Positions 25,020 to 48,322 are shown, counted from the first letter of the stretch. The stretch: DNA of 64,000 nucleotides from Chrysomallon squamiferum (GCA_012295275.1 CM022668.1:372001-436000), one strand, 5' to 3'. Notes: generated from the sequence alone by a model not told the origin. Numbers and translations: made by a program.

Positions 25020-27000
25020 AAGAGATTGAAGATGGCTAATAGTTTGAAGAATAGAAAGAAACTGCAAATAATCTTGATGGAAAATCTGGGTAATGTTCAT
25101 GGTATTTGTGGCTACCATGAAGTAGGAAGAAATAATTTTAGACATAATACTAAAGTAATAGGTAAGTATTTAAAATGTGCATGCACAATAGAAAATGTAA
25201 AGAATATTAAACCAATTTGTCCTTATGGTATGGTTGTAGAAAATCTTGGATGGCGGAATAATGAAAAAAAATAAAAAAACGTATGTGTTATATGGTTACA
25301 GAATAGATGAAATGTCAAGCAGTTTGTTTTAGCAGCATGTTTAAAGATAATAGATACATCAGATGTCAAAATGAAGGACAGAAGCAGTGAAGAACACCAT
25401 ATCTGCAAGAAGCCATGACATGTTACAAAGTGCAATGATTCAGTGTGAAGTGTTTACTTTGGTACCTTGTGTGTTGTTTGAATATTCAGTGCTTCTCTAA
25501 AGGAACAAGAGCTGAGGAGATCACTTCCATTTGTGGAAGAAATAAATGTGATAAAAAGATATATATAACATTAAAGGGAACTAATTTTTGTATAGTCCAT
25601 TTTAATGTATTAGATAAAATAATTGTTTGGCAGTTAAGTTATTCTCAGTTAAGGAAAATACTGTAAATAACAAATCAGTTTGAAGAGAAAAAATTATGAG
25701 GGAAATCCAGCTAAAAATGTATTTTATCAAGAAAAGGTTAATCATAGCACCTCACATAGTTTTTACATGATGATCATAAATGGAAAAATGGCAAGAAATA
25801 CTGTAGTAAAGAAAATGTTGAGCTCAATTATGATACAACACTGGGGATATTGATGAATTCACTAAAGTAGAAAATACAGAAAAAATTTGCTCGGTGAATA
25901 GTAATGTTGTAGAACAAGATAATGTTTATGGATAAAATCACTGATGAAATTATATCCACCCCATCTTAAGATAGGCTTATAGTAGGAGAATTGTTTGGGT
26001 GTTCTGTATCTGATAAGTACTTTACATATAAACTTCCAATGCAGATAACATTTGAATTGGAAGCTGGACAGTGGCAAAATTTACTTAAATTATGAAATGG
26101 CAGGCCATCTGAATATGTGAAAATCAAGCACTGTCAACAGTGTTAGATTGGATGAATCAATGGTTTTATCTTAGCAGCACTTTCACATAAAGCAAAAATC
26201 ATGAATCAGCAGTCTGTGTTTTCAAATGCCAAAAGAACTACTGTTCACATATATTTAGTCATTTAATGAATAAGTTGAAACAAAGTTGCCAGAAAAATGT
26301 AAGCAAAAAACCAGCTGCAGAATATTTCTTTATATGGTAAGTCTGATGATGAATAGTAATGATATGAAAGAAATAACAAAATTCCTACATAGACAGACTC
26401 TTTTTAAAACACTGGTTTCAGAAGAATATTCTGATTTTGATGAATGTAATTTTGAACAAGTAGACATGAAAATGTTGCAACCTGGTTTCTATACAGAAGA
26501 AGAATTTCTTAATTTAGCTGAAGACTCTCCTTTTTAGTAATTTTCTCAAGTTATCTTAGAAAATGTTATGAAAATTTACTTGTCATATAAATTTGAAGAA
26601 GTAGTTCTTAAATATTTAAAACAAATAAATAAATAAAATTAAAAAAATATTGCTCATTTGGTCATTATGGTCCAATATACCTTTGAGAAATATAACAGAC
26701 TGAAAAAACAGCATCAGAAATTCACAGTAATAAAAACTTTATTCACAAAGAGATGAAAACAACTAGCACAATTGAAAATAGATTTAGAATTCTAAAATAT
26801 ACTGGACTGCAAGGCAGAACCCAAACAGACTGGATGATTTTTCAGAAAACAATTGTTTCAGTACAAAAATTGGCAGCTGCAGTTTGTGTGAAAGAATAGT
26901 GAAAGAATATTTAAGGAAGATAAAGAAACCATATAGTAAAAAAATGAACATAACAACAGCAAAAGCTGTTTTAACTAGTAAGTGCATTCCTAAGTATCCA
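25020..27000 (+). mobile_element. Highly decayed coding-like relic, possibly Mutator/NOF-FB-like transposase
   Basis: Broken peptides LDESMVL-ILAAL and KTSCRIFLYMVSLMMNSNDMKEITKF are reminiscent of NOF-FB-like proteins. Many stops; family recognition is weak. Confidence 0.25.
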
Positions 27001-27180
27001 GTCTCATTTTTATACAGGCCAGAAATGTTAAAGAAATACTGAATTATCTTAACAAAACAAAATTAATAAAAAAACAACAACATAACAATAGCAAAAGCTG
27101 TTTTAACTAGTAAGTATATTCCTAAGTATCCAGTCTCATTTTTATACAGGCCAGAAATGTTAAAGATATACAGAATTATC
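26947..27180 (+). repeat. Direct duplication of ~102 bp
   Basis: AACATAACAA.AGCAAAAGCTGTTTTAACTAGTAAGT...GAATTATC at 26947 and 27079. Confidence 0.85.
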
Positions 27181-27216
27181 AATTTTTTTTTTCTTTATAA
27201 AAATGAAATAAAGTTA

Positions 27217-27652
27217 CAGTTGAACCTCGGGTTATGAACTTACTTCGTTCCAGAACTCGCTTCGTAAACCGAAACGATGTCAGCCATATTGGATAGGGTA
27301 TAATAATTTTAAAAAAGCAATAACATTTTATGATTTTAAAAAATGCGAGCGCTCAATCTCAGTGCAAAAGCTTTTTGAGCTGCAACTGCTTATCGAAGAC
27401 TAAAGGCCCTAATTCATGATATATTTTTGCTATAGGGCATACCTATAATTATTACTTTGACGGCGGTTTTGACGTAAGCATCTATTCTTATCTTTACTAG
27501 ATGTTGGCGTCAAAAGACAGCTTGTCGTGGCGCGTCGCTGTAGTTCGTAACGCGGAACATTATTCGTAAACCGAGACAGAAATTACCCAAGATCACGGTT
27601 CGTTATCCGATTTGTTCGTGTTTCGAGAGTTTCGTAACCCGAGATTCCACTG
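27217..27652. mobile_element. Tc1/mariner-pogo (Tigger-like) MITE, 436 bp
   Basis: TA|CAGTTGAACCTCGGGTTATGAA ... TTCGTAACCCGAGATTCCACTG|TA: imperfect TIRs with TA TSD. Confidence 0.88.
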
Positions 27653-28550
27653 TAGCTGCATAAGTGAAAGATTTATCATCACATGAATCAGATTCAACCT
27701 GGAAATTTCATGGTGACATGCATTACATTTTAGAAAAAAATTTCAAATATATTTTGTCATAATATCTGTATTGAGGTACTCCAACTTTGGGGTTCTTTTC
27801 ATATGAGCCTGTCAATTCAAGGTAGAAAACAGATCCTGTCATTATTTAATACTGAAATATCATGATATTGGTTGAAATAAACATATCTGCAGAATTAGCA
27901 AATTACTAGTAACTAAAGCATAATTTTACGTGTATGCAAAAGCTTTAAAATACCCATTAATTGGAGTCATTGTTTCAGAAGTTAGTGTCTTGCATTACAG
28001 ATCTGTATTTTTGACTACTAAATCATTAATATGTGATATTTCTGTTTCCTGATGCACTTGAAAATGCTTTGCATTTTATCTGAAATTCTTTAAGGTAGAT
28101 GAAGGATTTATCTGGAACACTCATTGTTTTTTAAATAACTTTTTTATATTGAATAACATGATACATTGGTAACTAGGTTACAACTATCCAAATTATTCTC
28201 TGCTTTGTTTCATAATTCTGTTCAAAATGCTTAGCATTACATGTTAAACTGAGTAAACTAGGACGAGCACAACCAGAAATGATCAGTTATATTTTGGAAT
28301 TGTTTAAATTTGCAGCACTGGTAAATTTGTCTAAATACAGTAACCCCAAATGATGAGCCATTCTGGTAATTTTAAAGTTTGATTTATTGATTCATTTACT
28401 GATTGATTGATTTATTTATTTGATTACAGTTCATTAAAATGCACTTAACAATTCATTTTGTTTTTATTGTTGTTTGTTGTCGGAATTTTTATTTCTATTA
28501 TTTTGTGTGGGAGGTTTGGTGGGGGAGATTTGGGACATGTTCTTTATGGA

Positions 28551-28581
<31 letters not shown>

Positions 28582-31500
28582 CTTGTCTGTTATTATTATT
28601 TTTTTTTTTTCTCAACACATTTTGGACAGTGTAACTACTATGTTGCAAATGTTTATTGGGATGAGGTGTTGTGTTTTTCACTTTCTGGATGTTCTTTTAA
28701 GAATGATAACTTGAATATATGTAATTATGTTTTAATGCTTGTAAACTGTTTGATCTGCATAACAGACAGTTGAAGATCATTATGAATTCCAGATGACCTC
28801 ATTATTAGTAAGACACAGAACACTCAGACAGTTTCTGTGTTTGAAAGGTTTGTTGAAGGCCATGATTAATACTTTGTTTCTGAATTAATTTCCAATATCA
28901 TTTACATAGTCTGTGTTAAGAATCTTTTGATACAAAAATGTTCCCACTGATTGTATATAACAAAAAATAACTAGTTAGTGATTTCACACTCTTGAGTGAT
29001 TGTATTTACATTTGCATTTATAAAAGGACTGTCTAAAAGAATATAACAACAAACCCAACCTTTTGTCTTGACAGAACTTGTTTTACTCATATATTATAGT
29101 TTTAAGAAGCAATATTTTCCAATACAAATATGTTATAACTTTGTTGAAATAATTTTATACTACATTTATTAAATATAAATTTTGTAAATTCAAATGTTTA
29201 AACTATATTTTTATGAGAAATTAATAAATAGTTTTAAAACAGATTTCTGAGTTACCTTCATAGGATTTTATAATCGATGTAGACATTCTGAATTATTATA
29301 TTACGGTGTGCATTATGCATGGTCAAACTAACCAATTTTGATATGCTGGAGTTGGATTTACCGTGTGTATTATTCTTAGATGGTGTCATGAAACTTCCTT
29401 GAAGGACCTGATTACAGTTAAGCTTTTTCAGCTTGGTAACATAACACAAATCCTAATTTATTGGGTGTCCAATTTTGAGGGGTTTGTTTTGGAGACACTT
29501 TTAGTTTGTAGTATAACATTGGTTTAGGAAAGAAATCATACAGTAATCAGGTCCACCAAGGAGATTTGATCATGGAAACCAAGTTCATCAGGTGATCTAA
29601 ATTCCACTCCAATATATCAAATAACATGCCTGTTTGTATATCTTAACATATAACTACTTATCACTAAATGTATATCAAATTTCATTACAGAATGGGTCCT
29701 TTTTCTTCTGTTTTTTGATTTTTATATTTTTCATTCAGTTTTTAATTTTTGTTTTTACAGAATTGGTATTTATTTACTTTTATTTCAAATTGTTAACCAT
29801 ATTTAACAAGTTCGCTGGAGGTCAGACATTAACTGTGTGTTATTAATTATCACATTGATATTTGTATTTTGGAACAAAATCTTAATGCAGAATTAAGTAA
29901 AAATCTATGTTAACATAACTATGATTTGAACACATGGCCCTGGAGATTCAAGGTATTGAAAAAAATGTGTAGTGAAGCCTATATAATTGTAAACAGAAGA
30001 AAAAAATGATACAAACACTACATATTTTGTTATGCTTTCAACAAATCACTAACATAACAATTCTTTTTAACTGGAGGCATCTCTCAAATTTTCAGCCGTT
30101 CATCTGAGATATAGTTGATGCTGTTCAGGAAGCAGGACAATTTATAAACGACATTCTGAAACAGATGTCTGTTCTTCCAGAGTCAGTTAAAAAAAAAAAA
30201 AAAAACTTCTAAATTAAAATTATCTTTTGTTTTTAACTATTAAGTCTTTCTTGCACAACCTCTACAGGAAATGCAATAAACTTTCAGAGATTTCCAAACA
30301 GAATGTCTAATGTCATTTTTACCTTCACTGAAAGTAAAATATCTTGGACATAGAATAGTATCATGACGCTGAACACTATTTTGTCCAGTATTCCATTTTC
30401 TCTTAACTTAGTGTTTTTCTTTCCACATTCAGTTTTTCTGGCTGGTTGATCTCTGATGAACAGTTATGTGAATGGTAGTCAAAGGATGCTTGTGATCTTC
30501 ATAATAAAAAGAATTTCCTTTCCATAATGGAGGTTGACACATGTTTATTGTCTTTAATAGAATCCATCATATCAAAAATAAACTAATTATTTTTTAAAAT
30601 ATTAAATAAATAAAAAATGTTAACAATTTAAAAAAATATTTTTTGACATAGCTATTTCTTTCATTTTTATTTCGTTAAAAAACGAAAAAGAAAGAAAATG
30701 AAATGATTTGAACATTTTTTGTTTATAAAAATAACCACCAAAAATTAATTATCAAAATTCTTTATTAACTAATAACTCCTACAAAATTTAGTCCTAGTTA
30801 TTCAAATCAACTGATAATAAATTTTCAATGAAGACTTGACAAAAATGGAATGATGATGATGATAACAATAACAATAATAATAATAATAATAAATTAATAA
30901 GATATGCTTTTTCAAAAGAAATAAAACAAAGTGAAATGACGATAGTAAATAAAGTTTAGACAAAAATTCTTAGTTCTATATTTCTTTTGCATCATAATGC
31001 ATGAGAAAAAAAAAAAAAAAAAAATCATTGACTTTAGCACTACAAAGTTTGCAAGCGGTCCACTTTTTTTTTTTTTTTTTTTTTTAGTACTTCATTTTAT
31101 TATTATTTTGTTTTATCGGGAGTAGATACGCCTACTGGTTATTACAGATTAATACTGGAATTAAAAAGGAAAAACAATAGCAAATACTTCGTTATAGAGT
31201 TATCGCCTATGATAACTTGTTCCGTTAACCAGTCGATAAAAGTTCCAAACGTTCGTTTGAAATGTTCGCTGGCTTCACTTAGCTATGACAATCACGACAC
31301 GTCCGCATTGGACGGAAGTAAAGGTTTTAATGAATATCGTACCAGTAAATTGAGTAATACTTTGTGAATATTCAAGTAAACGATACTTATATGTATATTT
31401 ATTGTTTATTCCCCCCACCACTTCTTTGGCATTATCAGCTTTGAATTTCTCTTAAGCGATTCATACAAGCGACCTGAAGTTAATACCATATATGATATAC

Positions 31501-33510
31501 TATATAATAATTATCTCGGCACAACCCAGCTCAATGGTATAATTATATAATATCTATTACCTATTAAAATAATATATTTATACAAGATTATATTATATTT
31601 AATTATTTTTCATGATTATTAAATTCTTAGTTACAAGCAAATAAATAAGTTTCCTATACGATTTGTGTATGAGAAGGAACAAATAAATATATATGAAAAA
31701 CAAATTACTTCCACTGCAGTTTATTTAAAATTGGTTCTGCATAAGCTGTCATTGGTTCTGTGCCAGTTTCAGATAAATAAATCATTCATATTCAGAATTT
31801 ATAGATTCATGATTTAAAAACTCCAACTTCCATTCCCACTGTATCTTGTTACTGTCTTTCTGAGAACACATACAGCAAATTTGATAAAATAAACAAAAAA
31901 ATAAAACAATAATTAAAAAGATTTCATTTTAAAAGATTAATTTGTTCGTGCTTCCTTTCACTTTTCCAGACTTTTCTTTGATGTACAATATTAATTATGG
32001 ATATTTTAACTTCCTTAGAGATTAAATTTATTCTTAACACAATACTGTTTTAGTGTTTATTTGTGTTATTAGATTTTTTTTAAACTTTTATATACTGCAG
32101 TCTTTTTCACCCAGTCTAGATGAGTTCTATGAATACAAAACTGGAAATGTATTAATATTCACAGAAATTAGCAAAAACATAACACTGATATCGTGAGATT
32201 TCAAAATCCTTTCTGAATCCATGTGTCCTTTTTTCCTACACATGTTGTTGATATCTGTTATTTAAATTAGATGAACAGCTCATTACATATCATAAATATT
32301 TTTTCTTGTTTCAACTTCTGCCTACTAATTGTTCCTCTTCCTTTCCTTCTCTGCATCTTTAATTTGCAGTAAAAACAAAACAATTTTCCATTGCCTCAAT
32401 ATGACATAACAAAAAACCCACAATGTATATTTCTTTTTCCATAAAGCATGCATTTTTTTATATCAGTCATTTAAAGTTTTATCTGGGCTTAATGAATAGT
32501 AACAGTATGATAGGTGTGTCTAAATTCCAATTAATCATAAATGAAGTGATTATGTACTTCAGTACTTAAGGATTCTAATATAAAAATATGTTATTTCAGT
32601 TGAAAAAAGCATGGCCTTACAGAATTTTATAGTGGTAAGGCCTTTGTTACATATTTCCATTATTTACAAAAATTATAACAGTTCATATAAAATATGATAA
32701 ATTGTTATATCTAATTTAGAGTGCATTATAGACACATATAATGATATATTAATACTTTCTCATTTTAAACAAATCTTAATTATCTTTGTTTTTGAGTTGG
32801 TCCTTATGTCTGAAAGCCAGATCAACATTCAGTTAGCTATTTCTATTGATCAACATTATGAAAAGAATTCTCAATACTAAACTAATTTATATGAAAAAAA
32901 GAAAACTACCAAATAACTGGAAGATAACTGTTCTTTTATAATCAAATATAAACATATATCAACATATACAGAGTAAGTGAAACTGATATCTAATTACTTA
33001 GAGGATCTGGTGTTTTACTTCCCTCTTTCCTAATATATATATGTATATGTATGTCAAACTTCAGTACATTAAGATGGAAGGGGTCAGCACAAACAGCTTG
33101 AATTTTATGATTTGTACCCATAACGCAGAGGTCATGTTGAAATTAAAAATATCATCATTTTTCTCTTAACCTTTCAACAGATTAATTCCTTGCATAGATC
33201 AGAAGTTACGAAAAAATTAAAATTGCACAAGGACTTTGTAACAAAGTTTTATATTGATACACATTACTAGATTTGATAACAAATGTAACTGATGTTTACA
33301 CCTTACAGATTTATGTCCCCTTATGTCTGATGTGAAAATTATTTTCCCAAGTTTATCTGACACTTTAAAGTATTGTACAATTGCATGATACTGACAGTTT
33401 CATTCAGTTTATGAGTAATTTCAAATCATTTAATTGTCATTGATCTGAATGCTTTTATTGAGACGTGAACTAATAAGCAAAACCAAATACTTTGATGTGT
33501 GTGTGTGTGT

Positions 33511-33542
<32 letters not shown>

Positions 33543-34047
33543 TTGAGTGCATGTATGTTATAATCACACAAAATAATAAACAATTTGGATTTCAGATGCG
33601 GAAGTTAACTCAAGATCTAATCCACTGAACAGCCAACAACACATAAGAAAGAACAAATGACTTTGGTTGATGTTTTGTCAGATACTGAATGAGTGAAGGT
33701 ACAACTTCTCTTCAGACATTGATGACTTTCTATTCCACAAGGTCCACTCTAACAACATTCCATTTGATGACTTATCTTCAGACATTAATAATTTTCTGCT
33801 TGGTTTCTTTTCATCGGACCTTGACAATTTCCTTATCAAGTATATATATTTACAGTAAAGAATTTGTAAACAAAAAACACAATGAATCTGATGAGGAAAT
33901 TTATACGAGACAAATGTGTGTGACAACTTCCTGCTTTATCAGGAATTTTAAATGAGATAAATATATATAGTATATTTATATATTTACAGTAAATAATATA
34001 TATTTTTTTTATTTCACTGTAAAACATGTAATCCTGCAGTCAAAGAC

Positions 34048-42100
<8,053 letters not shown>

Positions 42101-43027
42101 GTATAGTTGTCACTTTTTACACAATCAGTTGTAACTTTTTACATGTACACTAATTTTAACATACAAAAACAGCTTGAATTTTATGATTTGTACCCATAAT
42201 GCAGTGGTCGTGTTGAAAATTAGAAAGCTCAGCATTTTTCTCTTATACTTTTAACAGATTAATTATATCATGCATAGATCAGAAGTTATGAAAAAATTAA
42301 AGTGGAGAAGGAATTTATAACAACTCTTTTTGTTAGTACTCATTACTGTTGTCACTTTTTACACGTACAGTTGTCACTTTTTACATGTACATTTTTAATC
42401 TGTACAAATATTATTTTGTACGTGTACAACTGTCATAGTTCAACCTGACTCCTGATTAACAGAACAAATTAAATCTTTCTGTTCTGTGTTGTCAGATGAC
42501 AGCTTTCTGGAAAAAGCGAACAAGAATACATTCTTCAGTCAGTTTTTTCTACAAGAAAATAACAATAAATATTATGTCATGATTAATTTTAAGAATCAAA
42601 TTTAATTATATTGGTATTTTAGCAATTATTTTTGACAGAAAGGATTATTTTGTAGAAATAGATATGTTGTCCTTCCAGTTCATCATGCAGAGACTTCTTT
42701 GTTAACTGCTGTACACACACACTCAATGTGATGGGAGAATGACCACTATAAAAACAGGAAGATTTTATAAAATAAGAAACAAAACTGCAATTTGGGTTGC
42801 AGATTTGGCTTAAATATATTTCATTAAAATGAGTAGACTATGACTACTACTACTACAACTACTGTTTAGTTACATATATATTAATAGTAAATAATAAACC
42901 TGTTTAAAATATGAATCTTGTCTGATTAGAAAAATATTTCAAAATGAAAATGAACCTGCATTAGTAAGCCAACGTTAAAACATATTAATAATAATATATA
43001 TATTTAAAAAAAAAAAAAAAAAAAAGG

Positions 43028-43059
<32 letters not shown>

Positions 43060-43279
43060 TTTTTGGCTTTGTTTTGGCTATATTTATCATTCATGTAAAC
43101 TATTTAAAACGCTCAGTGAAATTATGATTTATTTCTTCTTATTTTGCTAACAGTGGAAAAAATTGTATTAATAATAATAATAAAAAAATATAATAAGTAG
43201 TAAAGAAACCAATAAATAAATACCTGCACATTCGGAATTCAGGTTATTTCTGGTATTTTCGTGTTTTGGTTTCCCCGAT

Positions 43280-43290
43280 GGGGATTCCCC
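43280..43290. promoter_or_regulatory. Palindromic NF-kB site GGGGATTCCCC upstream of copy B
   Basis: Same sequence as the classical MHC class I kB element. About 55 bp from donor CAG|GTATT at 43224. Confidence 0.65.
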
Positions 43291-44460
43291 TAATGATTAC
43301 CAACCAAAGAAAAGTCATAGCGGTCGTCGTCAGTATTTGTAAAAGTTTACTTCAAACAATTTGCGAACCAGCAATTACGAATATATTATTAATTAATTTT
43401 ATACTAATGTACCGCGGTTAATTTTTACCGAAACCAGCAAGAACTGCAAAGGACCAAGTGAATTTATATTACGAATTTGTAACAAATTTGTTTGCTGCAA
43501 TATACTTTAATTCCGATTTACTGATCATTATACCAGCAATACATTGTCTATCAGGTAACGTTACTGAAGATGATCATCATTACAGTCAATCACAATTAAT
43601 AATATCTTTCAATGTATCGAACAGTCAGATGTGAAAAACAACAACAACAACAAACAACAAACAACAACAACAACAAAATATATTTACAAATATATATATA
43701 TATAAAATAAACAAACAAAATATACAACAACAAATATATTGCTGGTTGGTTATATATATATATATATAGACAGTTATACAGTAAAAATAAACAAACATGA
43801 CACGAAAGAAAACTGTTTTAAGTCCGTTTGAAATACAAACACAATGGCCAGGTCTCGCACTAAAACTAGGTCGATTTTTTATTTGTCAAAAGAAATTTTT
43901 TTAGCCGACAGTCATTTTCATGACACGAAAGTAACGTTTTTAAGTCCGTTTTGTCCACTGCGTTGGCTTTGCAGTCTTGGTACGTAAGTTTCTGCGATGT
44001 TATTTTGTGTGACTGATATTATATTGTTTTAAAACCGAAATTATAGATATGTAATTTAAACTGGTAATGTTTCCTTACAGGAATGTTACTTTTGATGTGA
44101 GAGTACTTGACAGGGGAATGTGTTATATAAAAACACACAGTGATAACATGAAAGATGGTTACAAATATAAAGACAGAACCAGATGCAGTGATCAGTCATA
44201 AAGACTGAATCGAAGTGTATATGTGTAATATATCAGAACATATTTAGTATGTGACACTAGAGACTGAACTTAGAATTGTAGTTTTATATACTAGTCGATT
44301 AGGACGTAATTATGTTTGATGTTATCAACAACTGATATTATCATTATTGGTTTCATTAGCATAATATCAATCAACAGAGCCTAAAATAAAAAGATAAAAC
44401 AATAAAGAAAATATTTGAGAGCAACACTTCTTTTCAATAGTTTAATTAATTAATTAATTA

Positions 44461-44464
<4 letters not shown>

Positions 44465-44525
<61 letters not shown>
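44465..44525. repeat. (TTA)n microsatellite
   Basis: About 20 TTA units. Confidence 0.95.
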
Positions 44526-44527
<2 letters not shown>

Positions 44528-46218
44528 TGTGGATGTTTGTTCCAGTGCGGTTTTCCTGTGCAGGTTTACTGATGTCCAGATAACAGAGTGCTATAGCATC
44601 TGGTTCAACGTGGTGGGTGGGGGGGAAGCATTAACACATTAAGTTTATCTGTGCGCTGCAATTTTACCGCGCCGCTTCTTTTATTCCCTTTTGTGGTTCT
44701 CAGGTTTTTTTTCTCATGTTTTAGGACATCTCAACTTAGAGTCAACGTTAAAAGTAAAACTGCTGGTGTGATTAGCGATATACTATATAACATTCTGTCT
44801 AAAATAAGATATAGGGCACTTGAAGCAATATCACACACACGCGCGCGCGCGCGTACTACAGTATATATATGCATGCACAGACCCATACATACATACACAC
44901 ATACATTCGTTTTGGATTAACTTAGTACGTGGTGTAATGACAAGTTTGACTACAAAACGGAACAGTCTTATTAAGGTTTCTCAGTTTTGGCGGAAAGGCG
45001 TATGCAGCGTTTTAAAAATTCCTCTTGGGGAGAGAAATGCATTTTAAGCAGATCATCGCAGCATATTAACCACAGAAGAATGACATTCTAGTCACTTTGT
45101 TTATCCTGTCTATCATATTGGTAATTTTACTCAACCACATTTGCATGACAAACCAGCCTGCAGATTAAAAATCAATTTATTTACGACTCGATGGTATCGA
45201 ATATCAGCATATACCCAGTTAGATAGATTACCGTCGTCTAGCAAACTTGACAGCGCGTGCTCTTTATAAACATAATTTATGGTTCTGTCGTCTCTTCCCA
45301 AGGCATAAAATAGATTTAAGAAATTTTACAAAACGAGTTTTCAAAATCCAGGTACGTTCATGACATTCCATTTAACTTGATTCTTGTTAATTGTTAGAGA
45401 TTTACACTTATAGTATGGATGTATGTGTGTGTTTATATTTATGCATTTAGGAATAAATATCCTGTTGCCGTATGTACTGGAGATAGACAATATTCGGGAG
45501 AGCAAAGTCCAGTGACGACGAAACTCGAAGGCACGGAACCATTCGCTCGCATTGCAGATGCGGACGACAAAACCTCTTGGACAGAAACAACAATAAATTT
45601 AACTTCTTAGGTAAAAGCCGTCGTGAAGTATATCAAATGTGAACAAGATCATTCTCACTTAGCACTGTTTTAACTGTGTGACGCGTTTGTTGTACGTCAC
45701 TCACAAAATATTTCATTATTAATATTGTACTCATTACTGTGTTTATTCTTTACTGTTATTATTATTATGAGTTGAAGATTCCTTAACCGGAATTCCGAAA
45801 TCAGAAACTTTTCCGAGCACCTGAAATTATTTTAAACCAAACTTAATTATCTTTCTTTTTGTTTTTGAGTTGGTCCTTATGTCTGAAAAGCAGATCAACA
45901 GTCATTTAGCTATTTCTAAAGACCAACATTATGAAAAGACAATTCTCAGTACTAAATTGTAATTTATATCCGAACTCCCCCCAAAACAAGAAGAAGAAAA
46001 CAAAAACACACAAAAACATATATCAACATATACAAAATGAGTGAAACTGATAGGCAATTACCTAGACGATCTGGTGTTTTACTTACTTCTTTCCTAATGT
46101 GTGTGTGTATGTGTGTGTGTGTGTGTACGCGCGTTAAACTTCGATAATTTCAGATGGAAGGGGTCTGAAAAAGCAGCTTGAATTTCTTGATTTGTAGCCA
46201 TAATGCAGTAGTCATGTT

Positions 46219-46406
46219 TGTTATGTTTTAACATTAAAACATAAAGTTCATTTCAGTTTTCAGTTTTCAAACGTTTAAAAAATGGTTACGAACAAAAACT
46301 AACGCATGCTCCCGGTGACGTCATATAATATTATCTCCCTTATTCCGGTTCCCCTAAACATTGTAAACTGTAACAATGTTAACCATAGCACCATTTATAT
46401 ACAACA
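46219..46406. mobile_element. Solo LTR-like element, 188 bp
   Basis: ATGTT|TGTTAT...ACAACA|ATGTT: TG..CA termini and a 5-bp TSD. Empty site in copy B. Confidence 0.7.
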
Positions 46407-46711
46407 ATGTTGAAATTAAAAATCTCAATTTTTCTCTTATTCTTTTAACAAATTAATTCTAGCATACATAGATCACGAGTTATGAAAAAAATGAAAATTA
46501 CACAAGGACTTTATAAAAAATCTTTACATTAGTACACATTACTACATCTGATAACGAATGTAACTGATGTTTACACCTTACAGATTTATTTCCCCTTATG
46601 TCTGATGTGAAATTCATTTTCTCATTTAAAAAGAATTCTGGATGCTAGGAATCACCATCTCTCTTGATCATCAAGTAAGACATTGTAGGCCTACATGTAT
46701 GCATAAAGTTC

Positions 46712-46954
46712 ACATATAAAAGTTTCCTGGGTATAATATTTTTTGTTTAGCCATAATAGAGATTTAAAAAAATGCATACCTGCATGGATGATTGATACAA
46801 TGCATTACAATGTACATTTTTTCTGAATTGATCATTCAGGTTTTAGTTAATCAGATGTTAATGGCTGAAAAGGTGTTATTTTCATGTATGTGCATTTTTT
46901 AAATCTATATTGTGGCTAAACAAAAAATATTACACCCAGGAAACTTTTATATGT
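46712..46954. mobile_element. Foldback/MITE-like element (duplicate of 4266-4508)
   Basis: Same long inverted arms. Confidence 0.7.
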
Positions 46955-47587
46955 TTTAGCTAACATGTGGGAGATTAAATTTCAATAAAGGTCATCTGAA
47001 GATCACGTGGTCCACACGGTCAGTTTCAAGGTCATAGCAAAGGTCAAAAGGTCAAGGTACTCCAGTATTTTCCAAGCTAAACAAAAATGGCAGATTTGGT
47101 ATCCTTGTCATTTTGCCTTTCTAACAATACCAATTTTATGAAGATTGGCCCAGTAGTTCCTGAGATATGAGGGTTCTAAGGTTGGTGGTCACACCCATTT
47201 TTGGCAAAAATCTCAAAATTCGGTGGGCCGTATCTCCCACACCACTGGTCTGATTGAGCTAAAATTTCAGATTTGGTGCTGTGGGATCCCAGTCAACAAG
47301 TATACCATAAAAATCTGAGAAGGTCGGGTTTAAACCATTGGGTGATTTGACACGGAATAACCCTAAATCATTTGGATTTCATATGTGAAAGTTAATTTAA
47401 GATCCAATCCATTGAATAAGAAGAACACGACTTTGGTTGATGATGTTTTGTCAGATGCTGAATGAGACACTGATGACTTTCTGTTTCACAGTGTTTCATC
47501 TAACAAGTTCTCTTGAGACATTTATTTAACTTCTCATTTGGTGAGGAAATATAGTATAATAGAATAACTAATCCTATACTCAAAGCC

Positions 47588-47784
47588 TCAAGTAATAAAT
47601 GCATTTTCTCCAAATGTAGGAACCTGAAATAATATTATTAAGTTCATGTGTCAGACACTAAACAAAATTTAAAAATCTAATTAACTGACATGTATGAATG
47701 TATGTATATTTAATCATTGTGTGTGTTTGTGTGTCCATATTACATATAAACTGAATTAATTTTTATTTATAATAATGCTATATT

Positions 47785-47817
<33 letters not shown>

Positions 47818-48268
47818 ATATTACATATAAACTGAATTAATTTTTATTTACAATAATGCTATATTGGTGTGTGTGTTTAGAAAAAATATTTATCAATTTG
47901 TAAACTGCTAAGTATCAGTGAAAATAAAATATAAATTAATATACCTTTAATGATGTTTGCTCCTTTATGTCACCATCACAAGTCTGAAGTTTGAAACAGT
48001 TATAAAGTTAGTAAATATATCAATAAACATGTAGTGAGTTATAGTATCTGTAGTATCTGTGTGTTTTTATGTGTGAAAACCTGGTCAATTTATTTGTGTA
48101 TCTATGACACCTGTGTTTTTAGAAACGTTTTGTATGTGTATGTGTGTATGTATACTGGTAATAGGTGGAAAAAATGGGTAACTAGTTCTAAAATTAATTT
48201 TACAAATAAGAACAAATATTTCTTGACTGTGTTAATTGTTTATGTTTCTTTGCCAGTGTTTGCATGTA

Positions 48269-48322
<54 letters not shown>

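Larger units (their letters stand above)
3404..25150 (+). repeat. Segmental duplication, copy 1 (matches 45841-64000)
   Basis: 3404 ACTTAATTATCTTTCTTTTTGTTTTTGAGTTGG equals 45841. Colinear near-identity runs to the window end, apart from indels and array lengths. Confidence 0.95.

Noticed and set aside
27660-32700. Possible gene between copies A and B
   Set aside because: Scattered splice-like sites, but I could not build a consistent ORF or recognise a protein.
43300-45830. Plus-strand gene divergent from copy B (donors near 43554 and 45351, ORF 45419-45610)
   Set aside because: No coherent reading frame or recognisable product; needs transcript data.
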